A DNA stretch of 64,000 nucleotides, taken from IMG/VR virus record IMGVR_UViG_3300034061_002899; one strand, written 5' to 3'. This DNA is from a virus. The translations under genes were made by a program, and so were the position numbers. The first letter of the stretch is position 1. Each line of letters begins with the position of its first letter. Shown in pieces: positions 19,979 through 30,085 of this stretch. Below the pieces are notes generated by a model. That model saw only the letters and a list, made by a program, of their open reading frames with translations, did no database searches and was not told where the DNA came from.

Positions 19979-20634
19979 TGAAAAAATATGATTTGCTTTA
20001 TTGTATGGGTGATAGCTTTGTTGTCGGTCAAGGTCAAGATGATGATATCAACCGTGAAGTTACGGTCGAAAACAGATTTAGTAATTTAATTGCAACTCAT
20101 TATGGATTGGAATGCGTTAACAATGCCGTAGCTGGATGCAGTAATGAACATATTGCCAAAACAGTATATTCGGATATTTTAAAATTTAAAGATGAAGGCA
20201 TTAATCCACTAGTGGTTGTTACATATACCGAACCAAGTCGAACTGAGATTTATTCTAATAAATTAAAGAGTACCACTACAATCAGTGAAAGCACAGTTGT
20301 ATATTTCAAAGATTACATGATTGACAACTATAATGCACCATATGCATTAAATCGTAGCATTTATAATGCACTGTCGGTAAAAACATTATTAAACTATTGT
20401 AACTTTGATTTTGTTGATGCGTGGACTTTTGAATACCATGAGAATTATGTATCTCGCAGAATAAAAGTACCTTATATGAGTAATGTACAAGAAATAGATA
20501 CCCCGATATCTACTATAGCAGGAGATGATAGATTTAAAGTAGGCGAGGCATATTTACACCCTACCCCAGCCGGCCATAGAAAAATAGCCAACACAATTAT
20601 AGAAAAAATAAACACATTATATGGATCAAGATAA
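19978..20634 (+). CDS. SGNH-like protein
   Basis: GDSFV.G, GCSN and HPT..GH motifs. Confidence 0.65.
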   Translation: MKKYDLLYCMGDSFVVGQGQDDDINREVTVENRFSNLIATHYGLECVNNAVAGCSNEHIAKTVYSDILKFKDEGINPLVVVTYTEPSRTEIYSNKLKSTTTISESTVVYFKDYMIDNYNAPYALNRSIYNALSVKTLLNYCNFDFVDAWTFEYHENYVSRRIKVPYMSNVQEIDTPISTIAGDDRFKVGEAYLHPTPAGHRKIANTIIEKINTLYGSR

Positions 20635-22174
20635 TTTATCACAAAAACAAAACCCAGAATGGGCATTGTTTTTACCTGCAGTCAGTAGTTTTTATATTGC
20701 TGGCTTGGGTAAGCAACGTAAAGGTGAAGAGTACTTTGATAAAGCACGAATCCCTGCAGGCTTCAATGGTGATGTTGAGAAACTAAATTTCTTAAACAGC
20801 AAAGAAGGTCTCTATTATTATAAATGGGGACTATATAGTGCTGGTCATGCTAACTTAGATACCACTAAAGACGATCCTAATGAATCAATTATTAGAGAGC
20901 GTGAAGAAGGTACATTTATGTTAGGTGATAGTGGTGGATTTCAGATTCTTAAAGGTCAATGGCCTGCTGACTGGAAAGATCCTAATTGTCCACGTGCTAT
21001 GGTAAAGCGTAAAGCAGTCTTGAACTGGATGGATACATACATGGACTATGGCATGTGTTTAGATATTCCATCACAGTCATTAACAACTTATCACATGAAA
21101 GATAAGAATGGTAATAGCCTGCATGGTATCAGTACTATTGAAGAAGCTATTACTGCTACTCATATCAATAATGAATACTTTATTAAGAATCGTAATGGTA
21201 AATGTAAGTTCTTAAATGTTCTTCAAGGTCGTAATCATGGTCAGTCAGAAGATTGGTATAATGAGATGAAGAAGTATTGTGACCCAAATATCTATCCAGA
21301 TAATCATTTTAATGGCTGGGCGTTTGGTGGTCAGAATAAAATTGATGTACACTTGATGTTAACACGCATGGTTGATATTATCCATGATGGTTTGTTACAA
21401 GAAGGTAAGCATGATTTGATTCACTGTTTGGGTACAAGTATCTTAGAGTATGCTGTACTGTTTACTGATATTCAGAAAGCTATTCGTAAGTATCACAACC
21501 CTAAACTTCATATTACATTTGATTGTGCAAGCCCATTCTATAGTGCGGCTAAAGGTTTAGCATATTTCAATACTAACATTGAGCATAATAAGAAATGGTC
21601 ATACAGTATGGAAAAAACTGCTGAAAAGAAAGAATATGCTATTGATAATCGTAAGTACCGTGATGCTGTATTAGCTGAGGGCATCCATAAACTCTTTACA
21701 GATAGTCCAGTAACTGATAAACTAGTACTTAAGGACATGTGTTATAGGGGTCATGGATTCTTAGGACAACATGGTAAAGAAACTAAAACTAGCTGGGATA
21801 CATTAAGTTATACATTGATTCAAAGTCATAATGTTTGGATGCATATGAATGCTGTGCAAGAGGCTAATCGTCAATATGAAACAGGAATTGTACCTAAAAT
21901 GCTTATTCATAAGTTTGAAGGTAGTAAGTTTTTTGGTGAATTAGTTGATGAAATATTCAGCAAGAAAACTAAACAAGAATCTATTGACTTAATTGATTAT
22001 CACCGTAGCTACTGGATGCAATTTCAATCGGGTAGTCAAGGTATTAGCGGTAAACGCACAGTTAATGCTATGACAATGTTTGACCAATTATTTGAAGTAA
22101 ATACAGATGAACCGGAAATTGATGAAGTCATTGAAGATAGTGATGACGAAATCGCAAAAGTATTAGGAGAATGA
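20621..22174 (+). CDS. dpdA: TGT-fold transglycosylase, DpdA-like (7-deazaguanine insertion)
   Basis: TGT motifs in order: DSGGFQ, M.LDIP, VLQG, AFGG, H.LG, FDC (nucleophile Asp). No CxCxxC Zn site. Sits next to replication genes and folE/queD/queE. Confidence 0.8.
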   Translation: MDQDNLSQKQNPEWALFLPAVSSFYIAGLGKQRKGEEYFDKARIPAGFNGDVEKLNFLNSKEGLYYYKWGLYSAGHANLDTTKDDPNESIIREREEGTFMLGDSGGFQILKGQWPADWKDPNCPRAMVKRKAVLNWMDTYMDYGMCLDIPSQSLTTYHMKDKNGNSLHGISTIEEAITATHINNEYFIKNRNGKCKFLNVLQGRNHGQSEDWYNEMKKYCDPNIYPDNHFNGWAFGGQNKIDVHLMLTRMVDIIHDGLLQEGKHDLIHCLGTSILEYAVLFTDIQKAIRKYHNPKLHITFDCASPFYSAAKGLAYFNTNIEHNKKWSYSMEKTAEKKEYAIDNRKYRDAVLAEGIHKLFTDSPVTDKLVLKDMCYRGHGFLGQHGKETKTSWDTLSYTLIQSHNVWMHMNAVQEANRQYETGIVPKMLIHKFEGSKFFGELVDEIFSKKTKQESIDLIDYHRSYWMQFQSGSQGISGKRTVNAMTMFDQLFEVNTDEPEIDEVIEDSDDEIAKVLGE

Positions 22175-22175
22175 T

Positions 22176-22388
22176 ATGCCATACCAAAGTCGTATTAAGA
22201 CACTAGAAGAATCAATTAGATTATTAGACAACCAAATTTTTAATTTAGAAAAAAATGGTTCAGATGATGTTAAAAAATTATCTGAATTAAAAGAAATTAA
22301 AGACAAGTATAACAAAGAACTTAGATTAATGATTCGGGCTCAATGGGATAATGACCATAATTCTATTGACCTTAGTGATGACCGTTAA
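22176..22388 (+). CDS. Small coiled-coil hypothetical protein
   Basis: GGAG RBS; tightly packed ORF. Confidence 0.65.
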   Translation: MPYQSRIKTLEESIRLLDNQIFNLEKNGSDDVKKLSELKEIKDKYNKELRLMIRAQWDNDHNSIDLSDDR

Positions 22389-23224
22389 TGAAATATAAAA
22401 AAATTATAACCTGCGGTTGTAGCTTCAGTGATCCTGGCACACCATATACTTGGGTAAACCTCTTAGAAAGAAATCTTAAAAGAATTTATCCTGAGTTAGT
22501 GTTTGACCATAGAGGATTGAGTAGCCAAGGACAACAACTTATTCAAAAGAAAACAGTTCATGCTATCTGGAAAGCACTTAATGAAGGTTATAAACCGGAA
22601 GAAATATGCGTTATTGTAATGTGGTCTGGACATGATAGACGTAGTTTTTATATCAATAACAAGGATACAGTTGAACGTATTGTAAATCATTGGGCAAAAA
22701 CTAAAACAAGATATACATTACAGTTTGGTGATTTAGAAAATAGCGGAGATAGTCTTACGGAATTAGGTTCGTTGAATACTAATTTATATGTTCCATATAA
22801 CAAGAATGGTGGGTGGTACATAACCGGTGGATGGCATGATGAAGTTCCTTTCTTTAAGGAATATTTAATGTTCACTGAGGGGATACAGGAATCCATAACG
22901 CTTTCATTAGAAAACATGATTATGTTACAATCTATATGTAAAACACATAATATTAAATTATATGAACAATTTTATATGGATGGTGCATATGATTGTTTAG
23001 AAGATCACAAGGATCATAAAGAATGTAAACATCTATATGATTTGTTAGATAAATCAAATTATGTTACTACACAATCTATACATGGATATTTGAAATCAAT
23101 GGAAGTAGAAAATTGTCAATACTTTAAATCAGTAACTGATCCTCACCCAAATGCACATGGGCATATGGTTTGGTTAGATAATGTTTTATTACCGCACTTG
23201 GAACGAACAGGATTTTTTAAATGA
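22388..23224 (+). CDS. SGNH-like protein
   Basis: CGCSFS, MWSG..R and D.HPN..GH motifs. Confidence 0.6.
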   Translation: MKYKKIITCGCSFSDPGTPYTWVNLLERNLKRIYPELVFDHRGLSSQGQQLIQKKTVHAIWKALNEGYKPEEICVIVMWSGHDRRSFYINNKDTVERIVNHWAKTKTRYTLQFGDLENSGDSLTELGSLNTNLYVPYNKNGGWYITGGWHDEVPFFKEYLMFTEGIQESITLSLENMIMLQSICKTHNIKLYEQFYMDGAYDCLEDHKDHKECKHLYDLLDKSNYVTTQSIHGYLKSMEVENCQYFKSVTDPHPNAHGHMVWLDNVLLPHLERTGFFK

Positions 23225-23442
23225 ATAGTAAACCATCACTAACTATTAATTCAACATTATCGGCTGACACCGAAGAGTCTACCATTTCATTTAGAGGTGG
23301 CTCAGAGGAAATGTTACGTGTGGCAAAAGATGGGTTTTATGTTCGTGGTAAACGGGTAAATCAGGATGACAAAGAAGCTGAAATAGTGTATAATACATTT
23401 CATCAGTGGTTAACATGGGCTACATTAAACAGGACTTATTAA
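23221..23442 (+). CDS. Hypothetical protein
   Basis: Overlap-coupled ORF. Confidence 0.65.
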   Translation: MNSKPSLTINSTLSADTEESTISFRGGSEEMLRVAKDGFYVRGKRVNQDDKEAEIVYNTFHQWLTWATLNRTY

Positions 23443-23895
23443 ATGGAACAAAATATTCAAGCACAAACAGAAAAACGTATACGCATTAAGCAACATGCCA
23501 AGCGTATGATTTTCGTAACATTTCAAAAAGAGGGTATTCACAAATACCCGGCAGCGGCAACAGATCCATTACTCGCAACGGGTGATGAATATGATGTTAG
23601 CTTTTTAGGAACTCCACATCGTCACATCTTTCACTTTAACGTGGCGATTGAAGTATTTCACAATGACAGGGATATTGAATTCATTCAATTTAAACGCTGG
23701 TTAGAGAATCTCTATAAAGGCGGAACACTTGAATTGAATTACAAAAGTTGTGAAATGATTAGTGATGACCTCTATGAAGTTATTGCTACTCGCTATCCCG
23801 ATCGTAACATTGAGATTACTGTCTCGGAAGACGGTGAGAACGGTGCAACGATTTATTACAACACAACACAACCTTATCAACAATTAGCTATTTAA
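23443..23895 (+). CDS. QueD-like T-fold protein, DpdL-type (putative CDG decarboxylase)
   Basis: H...LGTPHRHIF (LxxxHRHxF) in place of the QueD CxxxHGH motif; also DIEF, SCE and VSEDGENGA. Confidence 0.7.
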   Translation: MEQNIQAQTEKRIRIKQHAKRMIFVTFQKEGIHKYPAAATDPLLATGDEYDVSFLGTPHRHIFHFNVAIEVFHNDRDIEFIQFKRWLENLYKGGTLELNYKSCEMISDDLYEVIATRYPDRNIEITVSEDGENGATIYYNTTQPYQQLAI

Positions 23896-23907
23896 AGGAT
23901 TATCAAA

Positions 23908-24114
23908 ATGGCAAAACAACAATATCAATCTAATCCACGTGTTCAACAAATCTTTGAGGACTTGGAAAACTATCTTGAATTTTGTCAAGATTATGGATAC
24001 AAATACAACGAGGCAGACCTCTACGACCAACGTAGCTATGTCTTCCGTCAGTTTGCAAAGTACATGACAGGTAAGCCTGCAAAAAATCAATGGCTGGAAC
24101 ACGCACGTCCATGA
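23908..24114 (+). CDS. Hypothetical protein
   Basis: AAGGA RBS; clean ORF. Confidence 0.7.
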   Translation: MAKQQYQSNPRVQQIFEDLENYLEFCQDYGYKYNEADLYDQRSYVFRQFAKYMTGKPAKNQWLEHARP

Positions 24115-24121
24115 AAATTGC

Positions 24122-25081
24122 ATGATGCAAGAGCTACCAGTTAGCGAATGGCCTGTACTACCGGCTAATTCAATTTTAGCTGATACACAAAGTATCATCT
24201 TTAATGATTTTACACCGGCGCATAAAGATGATGTTAAATTTGCTAGCTTCTATTTGAAGCGAGGAAAAAAGACTCTGTTTATTAATATAGGCGAGAGTTG
24301 GACTTATGGTGAGCGTCTGCCGTCATTGGACGGGTCATATAGTATCTCTACTGGTAGCGATATTTATAGTTTTGGCAGTCAGTTGCTATATACTTTTGGC
24401 ACACAGATGGCTAAAACTTTAGACTGTGATTTATATCAACACGCAGTACCGGGCAATTCTAATGTCAATATGTTAGTAGATTTAGATAATATATTAAAAT
24501 ACGTAGCATCTATGGGTTACGAAAAAATATATCTATCTTTACAGATAACTGAATCTCACAGAGACGGTGCATATACAAGTAGATCCTATTTTAATAGTAC
24601 ACCGCTGAGTAAAATATACTTAGGTAAAAATTACTTTAATCAACCTGTATCATATGAGCAATGGGTAAAACTATATCATAAAACATTGTTAGATTGGTAT
24701 CAGACTACGTTGGATAAATATTATAACTTGAACATTGATCCTATTGTTTGGTCTAATTTCTGCATGTTTGACTCTAACAAAGAGTACTTGTTTAAGCATA
24801 TCAAACCAAGTTGGATCGCATACTCAGCTATGTTATTGGGTGTCGATTATCAAGAACTTGTTATCCTTAATGCAACGGCAGTCGACCCTAAATCTAGTTT
24901 GTTCATTGACGGATCGGTTTACTTAGATTTAGATTGGGCTAACGATCAACTATCTAAGATAGATAAAACCTTGACATTCATACATAAAAACAAGTATCAT
25001 AACAATCACCCTTCAATTGAAGGTCATAGAGTATGGGCAGACTATCTAATAGAACAATCTAAATGGACAAAGAATATATGA
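24122..25081 (+). CDS. SGNH-like protein
   Basis: GESWTYG, PGNSN and HPS..GH motifs. Confidence 0.6.
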   Translation: MMQELPVSEWPVLPANSILADTQSIIFNDFTPAHKDDVKFASFYLKRGKKTLFINIGESWTYGERLPSLDGSYSISTGSDIYSFGSQLLYTFGTQMAKTLDCDLYQHAVPGNSNVNMLVDLDNILKYVASMGYEKIYLSLQITESHRDGAYTSRSYFNSTPLSKIYLGKNYFNQPVSYEQWVKLYHKTLLDWYQTTLDKYYNLNIDPIVWSNFCMFDSNKEYLFKHIKPSWIAYSAMLLGVDYQELVILNATAVDPKSSLFIDGSVYLDLDWANDQLSKIDKTLTFIHKNKYHNNHPSIEGHRVWADYLIEQSKWTKNI

Positions 25082-25833
25082 AAATTGTATTAGTCACCGG
25101 TGGATTCGATCCATTACACAGCGGTCATATTGAATACTTCAAGTCTGCAAGAAAACTCGGCGACAAATTAGTTGTCGGGATAAACAGTGATGCATGGTTG
25201 GCTCGCAAAAAGGGCCAACCTTTTATGCCTATTACTGAACGTATGTCAATCATTGAGAATTTAAAAATGGTAGATCATTGTGTTATCTATGATGACAATG
25301 ATGGATCTAGCATTGAAGCTATTCGTAACGTAAAGATGATGTATCCGGAAGCACATATAATTTTTGCTAACGGTGGTGATAGAACATCAGATAATATTCC
25401 AGAAATGGTATTTGATGATGTTGAATTTGTTTTTGGCGTAGGTGGCGAGAACAAAATGAATAGTAGTAGTTGGATACTACGTGAATGGAAACAACCGAAA
25501 ACATTGCGTCAATGGGGATATTATCGTATACTACATGATGTAGAGGGTTGTAAAGTAAAAGAATTAACTATTGATCCAGGTAAATCATTGAGTATGCAAA
25601 AACATTCCAACAGAAGCGAATATTGGTTAGTTAGTGAAGGTAAGTGTGATGTTCACTCTATGATGCCAAATGGTTACGCACTTCCAACACAAATATTAAC
25701 AAAACATAATTCATATAAAATTCCTGTAGGTGACTGGCATCAGCTAAGTAATCCATACAGTGAAGTATGTCGTATTGTAGAAATTCAATATGGCTCACGT
25801 TGTGTAGAAGAAGATATTGAAAGAAAAGAATGA
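25078..25833 (+). CDS. Cytidylyltransferase (HxGH) fused to a mannose-6-phosphate-isomerase type II-like cupin
   Basis: GGFDPLHSGH, GINSD, ANGGDR and SSS; then R.WG.Y, LSMQKH..RSEYW and EIQYG..C.E.DI.R. Confidence 0.85.
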   Translation: MKIVLVTGGFDPLHSGHIEYFKSARKLGDKLVVGINSDAWLARKKGQPFMPITERMSIIENLKMVDHCVIYDDNDGSSIEAIRNVKMMYPEAHIIFANGGDRTSDNIPEMVFDDVEFVFGVGGENKMNSSSWILREWKQPKTLRQWGYYRILHDVEGCKVKELTIDPGKSLSMQKHSNRSEYWLVSEGKCDVHSMMPNGYALPTQILTKHNSYKIPVGDWHQLSNPYSEVCRIVEIQYGSRCVEEDIERKE

Positions 25834-27029
25834 ACACACTATATTACATGGGGCTAGAACCGTATAAAGCACGATACACACTACAATTACAAGAGTGGAA
25901 TGAACGTGTTTTTAAACGTAGAGGTATTAACTATGTTATTGTACCCGGCGAGACACTCAGCAACGATCAGGCTATTGTCACAGGACAGGTACTAGACGCA
26001 CACGGTCGAACATACTTTGGTATGAGTCAACTAATGAATCTTGTACGTATGATGAAGCAAGGTGATGTGGGTGCGGGTGATATCGTATACTTTGAAGATA
26101 TGTTTCAGCCAGGCATTGAATCATTGCCCTATATTATGAAACAGATTCCTATCACAAGTCGTCCTAAGATTTTTGTTCGTTGTTTAGCACAAAGTATTGA
26201 TCCTGATGATTTTGTTCATGTCTGGGGCATGAGTGAGTTCATGGGTCATTATGAGAAGATGGTAGACAGTTTTGCTGATGGTGTTCTTGCTTCAAACGAA
26301 GAAATGGTTATGCATATGAAGATTGCAGGTTGGAAAGCGCCAATCTACAATATCAGTGGTTTAGCATTTGGTAAAGAAGAAGTACGTAGTCGTGTAGATA
26401 ATGTCATCAGACCCTTTGATGAACGACCAATGCGTATTGCATTTAGTGCAAGATGGGATCAAGAAAAGCAACCAGACTTCTATATGGATGTGATTGAAGA
26501 ATTCTTTAATCGGTATGGTGAGAAGGATCGTTATGGTACTTATCGTGGTGTAGAGTTTTGTGTGTTCAGTGGTAGTAAATTAAAAAGCAATAACGATAGT
26601 TATATGCAACGCACAAGAGATTTTCAAGGTCGTGGATTATTAAAAGTTTATGAAGATTTGGACAAGAACGCATATTATGAATTGTTAAATAATACTAGAG
26701 TATTGTTTAACTGTGCGTTACAAGATTGGGTAAGCAATACAGTCAGCGAAGCAGATAGTTTGGGTTGTAATGTATTGTATCCAGCATATCGCAGTTTCCC
26801 GGAAACGTTTGCGAATGATTATACAAGAATGTATGCGCCCTGGTCTGTTGAAGATGCGGCAATTAAGTTGTATAATATGTTACATCAGCCGCATATGAAT
26901 CAAGGTAAAATCAGTGATTGGACTGACGGTACTATTGATAGAATCTGTGATATTCTAGAGGGTAAGGGACGACAATGGTTGCGTATGGACACAGACTATC
27001 GCAAACACACTAGAGAAAGTAAATACTAA
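25830..27029 (+). CDS. GT-B glycosyltransferase
   Basis: F.ARWDQEKQP and LQD...N...EA...GC..L.P....FPE motifs. Confidence 0.75.
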   Translation: MNTLYYMGLEPYKARYTLQLQEWNERVFKRRGINYVIVPGETLSNDQAIVTGQVLDAHGRTYFGMSQLMNLVRMMKQGDVGAGDIVYFEDMFQPGIESLPYIMKQIPITSRPKIFVRCLAQSIDPDDFVHVWGMSEFMGHYEKMVDSFADGVLASNEEMVMHMKIAGWKAPIYNISGLAFGKEEVRSRVDNVIRPFDERPMRIAFSARWDQEKQPDFYMDVIEEFFNRYGEKDRYGTYRGVEFCVFSGSKLKSNNDSYMQRTRDFQGRGLLKVYEDLDKNAYYELLNNTRVLFNCALQDWVSNTVSEADSLGCNVLYPAYRSFPETFANDYTRMYAPWSVEDAAIKLYNMLHQPHMNQGKISDWTDGTIDRICDILEGKGRQWLRMDTDYRKHTRESKY

Positions 27030-27041
27030 AAGGAGAATATT

Positions 27042-27731
27042 ATGTTTGAAACAACTTATACAGATAATGTAAATTATCGTTCAGCAAGCGAAATTAATTC
27101 AGCAATGGGCCGTGTCTATGGACATATGAGTCTTGCTGTTATTGTATCAATGTTTGTCAGCTACTTTGTGGGTTCTAGCCCCGAGTTGTTGGCATTCTTT
27201 TTTACAGGCTGGTTAAAGTGGATTGTGATTTTTTCACCACTAGTAGCAATTTTTGGTGTTATGATGGTACTAGCTAACAATCCTAGTAAAAGTGTAGCAC
27301 AGTTATGTTTACATGGTTTTGCGGCATTGATGGGCTTGAGTTTTGCCACAATCTTTGCTGTGTTCACTATGGGTAGTATTGTGTCAGCATTCATGGGTGC
27401 GGCAATATTATTTGGTGTAATGAGTGGCTATGGTTACTTTACTAAACAAAGCCTAGATAGTTTAGGTAAGTTTATGTTTGTTGGCCTTATCGCTATCATC
27501 ATTGCTAGCATTGTTAATATCTTTATTGGCAGTACTGTAATGCAAATGGTAATTAGTGCGTTAGCAATTATTATCTTTCTTGGGCTTACTGCTTACGATA
27601 CACAGAAGATCCGTGAGGAAGTTAGTGTAAACACCAGCGATGCTGTTGAAGTTCGTGGTGCATTAACATTATACATGGACTTTATCAACTTGTTTATCAA
27701 CTTGCTACAACTTTTTGGTGATAGAAAATAA
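27042..27731 (+). CDS. Bax inhibitor-1/YccA family membrane protein
   Basis: About 7 TM segments; AYDTQKI and GALTLYMDFINLF. Confidence 0.92.
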   Translation: MFETTYTDNVNYRSASEINSAMGRVYGHMSLAVIVSMFVSYFVGSSPELLAFFFTGWLKWIVIFSPLVAIFGVMMVLANNPSKSVAQLCLHGFAALMGLSFATIFAVFTMGSIVSAFMGAAILFGVMSGYGYFTKQSLDSLGKFMFVGLIAIIIASIVNIFIGSTVMQMVISALAIIIFLGLTAYDTQKIREEVSVNTSDAVEVRGALTLYMDFINLFINLLQLFGDRK

Positions 27732-27733
27732 TC

Positions 27734-27928
27734 ATGGTAACACGTAAGAAAAAAGAAAACTTAGAACCAACCGTAGTTAAGGGTAATCACTTAACCGTAA
27801 CTACTTTCCCTGATGGCAAAACTGTGCTAGAATGGGATGACGAAGCATTATTAAAAGAAGTGCGAGAAGCACTCAGCTCGGTAGAAGTACCAAAAACAAA
27901 ACGCAAATTAAAAAAGGAAAAACAATGA
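27734..27928 (+). CDS. Hypothetical protein
   Basis: Tightly packed ORF. Confidence 0.65.
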   Translation: MVTRKKKENLEPTVVKGNHLTVTTFPDGKTVLEWDDEALLKEVREALSSVEVPKTKRKLKKEKQ

Positions 27929-28119
27929 GCGCACAAAACGATATTGAAACTAGTTTGGCAGCATACAACGCTGAGAACGATAAGTTTAACAAAGGCAATG
28001 CAGCCGCAGGTACACGTGCCCGTAAAGCATTAGCTGAATTAGCAAAAGCGGTTAAGGCTCGCCGTAATGAAATTACAGCAGAAAAAGCCGCACGTGCTGA
28101 AGCAAAAGTAAAGGCTTAA
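27925..28119 (+). CDS. Histone H1-like (Hc1-type) basic protein
   Basis: KGNAAAGTRARKAL.EL.K..K..R signature. Confidence 0.75.
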   Translation: MSAQNDIETSLAAYNAENDKFNKGNAAAGTRARKALAELAKAVKARRNEITAEKAARAEAKVKA

Positions 28120-28120
28120 T

Positions 28121-28291
28121 ATGACCTGCAGAGGCTATGATAGCAGGGCAGTTAAAGTCCCTAAAGAAGTAAAACGCAGAGCAGCCACTATTTTAGATGA
28201 CCATCAACGTGGTAGCTTTATTCGTAGTTGGGCTGAAATCTACAAAGAAGGCTTACGTGCTAAAACTTCTGGTAGAAAATCTAAGGATTAA
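28121..28291 (+). CDS. Small basic hypothetical protein (56 aa, not in the ORF track)
   Basis: MTCRGYDSRAVKVPKEVKRRAA...; fills the gap exactly. Confidence 0.6.
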   Translation: MTCRGYDSRAVKVPKEVKRRAATILDDHQRGSFIRSWAEIYKEGLRAKTSGRKSKD

Positions 28292-28293
28292 AA

Positions 28294-28779
28294 ATGGCAA
28301 ATGTCTACTGTATTAAACCACTAGAAAAGAAAAGTATTAGCTGGCGGGTAGAAATGTACCGTGAGAATGAGGACGGTTCTATCAGTTGGTTTAATATGGA
28401 AGAACTATATCGTTGGGGTCAAGGTTTTATTGAAGAAGACCTTGATTGCAACCTACCTTGGAAAGGCGACAAGTCTGCTCACTGTAGAACAGATGCAGGT
28501 TGGGGTTGTGAGTTTGAAGATTCTATCAGTATAGATTGGGAATTCTCAGACGATATTCCAGAATTAGAACAACAAGAAATCAAAGAGTCATACTACGAAG
28601 GTGGTGCGGCTTGGTTGTTTGACGGTGAGCATGATTGGCAAACCGAAGATGATTATGTTATTGTGTTGGCACCCTTTAGTGTTGACTACGCTAGTGACAA
28701 CGGTGATATAATCAAAGAGAATGTAAAATTAAAAGAACGTCCCCCATTAGATCCAAATGCGGCATGGCCTTTTTCTTAA
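28294..28779 (+). CDS. Acidic hypothetical protein, likely paralog of 60812-61321
   Basis: KP..KKSI...(Y/W)RWG...W......H.W pattern and AAWPF tail shared. Confidence 0.7.
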   Translation: MANVYCIKPLEKKSISWRVEMYRENEDGSISWFNMEELYRWGQGFIEEDLDCNLPWKGDKSAHCRTDAGWGCEFEDSISIDWEFSDDIPELEQQEIKESYYEGGAAWLFDGEHDWQTEDDYVIVLAPFSVDYASDNGDIIKENVKLKERPPLDPNAAWPFS

Positions 28780-28861
28780 CAGACAAATTAAATGATAAAT
28801 AAAGATGTAACACAAAGGTTACAAAACGTCAAAACAAAACACTCACAACGGAGGGTTATCT

Positions 28862-29542
28862 ATGAGTTATAATAAGACAAAAACAGATCCAGAATTGGGT
28901 CAAAAAGTACATCAGCATTTACTTAAGTGTGGTGTAGAAACTCCTACAGTCAATAACAGTATTGATCGTAAAGCTAAAATCGAAATCATCGAAAATGCTT
29001 TCACAAACATTATGCTTACATTGGGTCTAGACCTGTCAGACGATAGTTTGATTGAAACACCAAAGCGTGTTGCTAAGATGTATGTAAATGAAATCTTTTG
29101 GGGACTAGACTATGAAGCATTCCCTAAATGCACAACAGTTGACAACAAGATGCAATACAACGAAATGGTTGTAGAGCGTAATGTTAATGTTCAATCTAAC
29201 TGCGAACATCATTTTGTCATCATTGACGGATTGGCTACTGTAGCTTATGTCCCTAAACAACGAGTGTTAGGGCTTAGTAAGATAAACCGTATTGTAGAAT
29301 ATTTTAGCAAAAGGCCTCAAATCCAAGAGAGGTTAACAGAGCAAATTTTCCACACCTTACAGTTCATCCTTGAAACAGAAGATGTTGCAGTTATGATTGA
29401 TGCACAACACTATTGTGTAAAATCACGTGGTGTAGAAGATACAGGTAGTAGTACTGTTACTTGTCGTTTAGGTGGTGGTTTCAAAACTGATCCAGCGGCA
29501 AGACAAGAGTTCTTACAGATTGCTAACAAAGGTTGCAAATGA
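28862..29542 (+). CDS. folE: GTP cyclohydrolase I
   Basis: ETPKRVAK, CEHH, GLSK..R, RPQIQERLT and H.C...RG motifs. Confidence 0.97.
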   Translation: MSYNKTKTDPELGQKVHQHLLKCGVETPTVNNSIDRKAKIEIIENAFTNIMLTLGLDLSDDSLIETPKRVAKMYVNEIFWGLDYEAFPKCTTVDNKMQYNEMVVERNVNVQSNCEHHFVIIDGLATVAYVPKQRVLGLSKINRIVEYFSKRPQIQERLTEQIFHTLQFILETEDVAVMIDAQHYCVKSRGVEDTGSSTVTCRLGGGFKTDPAARQEFLQIANKGCK

Positions 29543-29670
29543 CTATTACATTATTAATTACAATAGCGGTAGTAGTTGGCATCGTAGTATTATTTGCTAC
29601 AATGCCAAATAATAGTAGCTGTACAGGCGACTGCAATCAAGGTCGTAATTGCACATGTGGGAATAAATAA
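29539..29670 (+). CDS. Small membrane-anchored Cys-rich protein (43 aa, not in the track)
   Basis: TM helix followed by CTGDCNQGRNCTC. Confidence 0.6.
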   Translation: MTITLLITIAVVVGIVVLFATMPNNSSCTGDCNQGRNCTCGNK

Positions 29671-29859
29671 ATGAAATTTAAGTTAGGTGATATGGTTAAG
29701 AAAGTGTCAGGTTCACAATGGCACGGTAAGGTAGTAGGTACGTATTCAACTGAATTGACCCCTGAAGGTTATGCAGTTGAAAGTTCTACTGAGAAGGGCT
29801 CTGTGCAAATATATCCTGCAAAGGCCCTTGAACTTTGGGAGATTAATAATGGGATTTAG
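29671..29859 (+). CDS. dfrB: R67/DfrB-type (type II) dihydrofolate reductase homolog
   Basis: [22 protein letters not shown]....[10 protein letters not shown] matches the R67 DHFR SH3-like core, including VQIY. Confidence 0.88.
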   Translation: MKFKLGDMVKKVSGSQWHGKVVGTYSTELTPEGYAVESSTEKGSVQIYPAKALELWEINNGI

Positions 29860-30085
29860 AGCACCAATGGATTATAATTCAGTACATCATCAAATCTATC
29901 TAGCAGGGGTAGAACTACATAGCCCGTATAATGACGGTTATGTTCAATGGGGAATCAAACAAGATTTACATAAGTTAAAATGGTTGTTAGATGAGATTAT
30001 GGCTGACAGTCCTACATTTGCAGGTGAGGATGAATTCTTAAAAGAACATGACCAAACTAAGATGTGGAGAACTCTTTCAAAATGA
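29849..30085 (+). CDS. Hypothetical protein
   Basis: ATG29849 with GGAG RBS. Confidence 0.65.
   Translation: MGFRAPMDYNSVHHQIYLAGVELHSPYNDGYVQWGIKQDLHKLKWLLDEIMADSPTFAGEDEFLKEHDQTKMWRTLSK

Noticed and set aside
20621-22174. Canonical tRNA-guanine transglycosylase (tgt)
   Set aside because: No CxCxxC...H Zn site, large insertions and a replication-gene context favour a DpdA-like call.
29671-29859. Integron gene cassette carrying dfrB
   Set aside because: No attC-like site or integrase; the gene is packed directly against phage neighbours.
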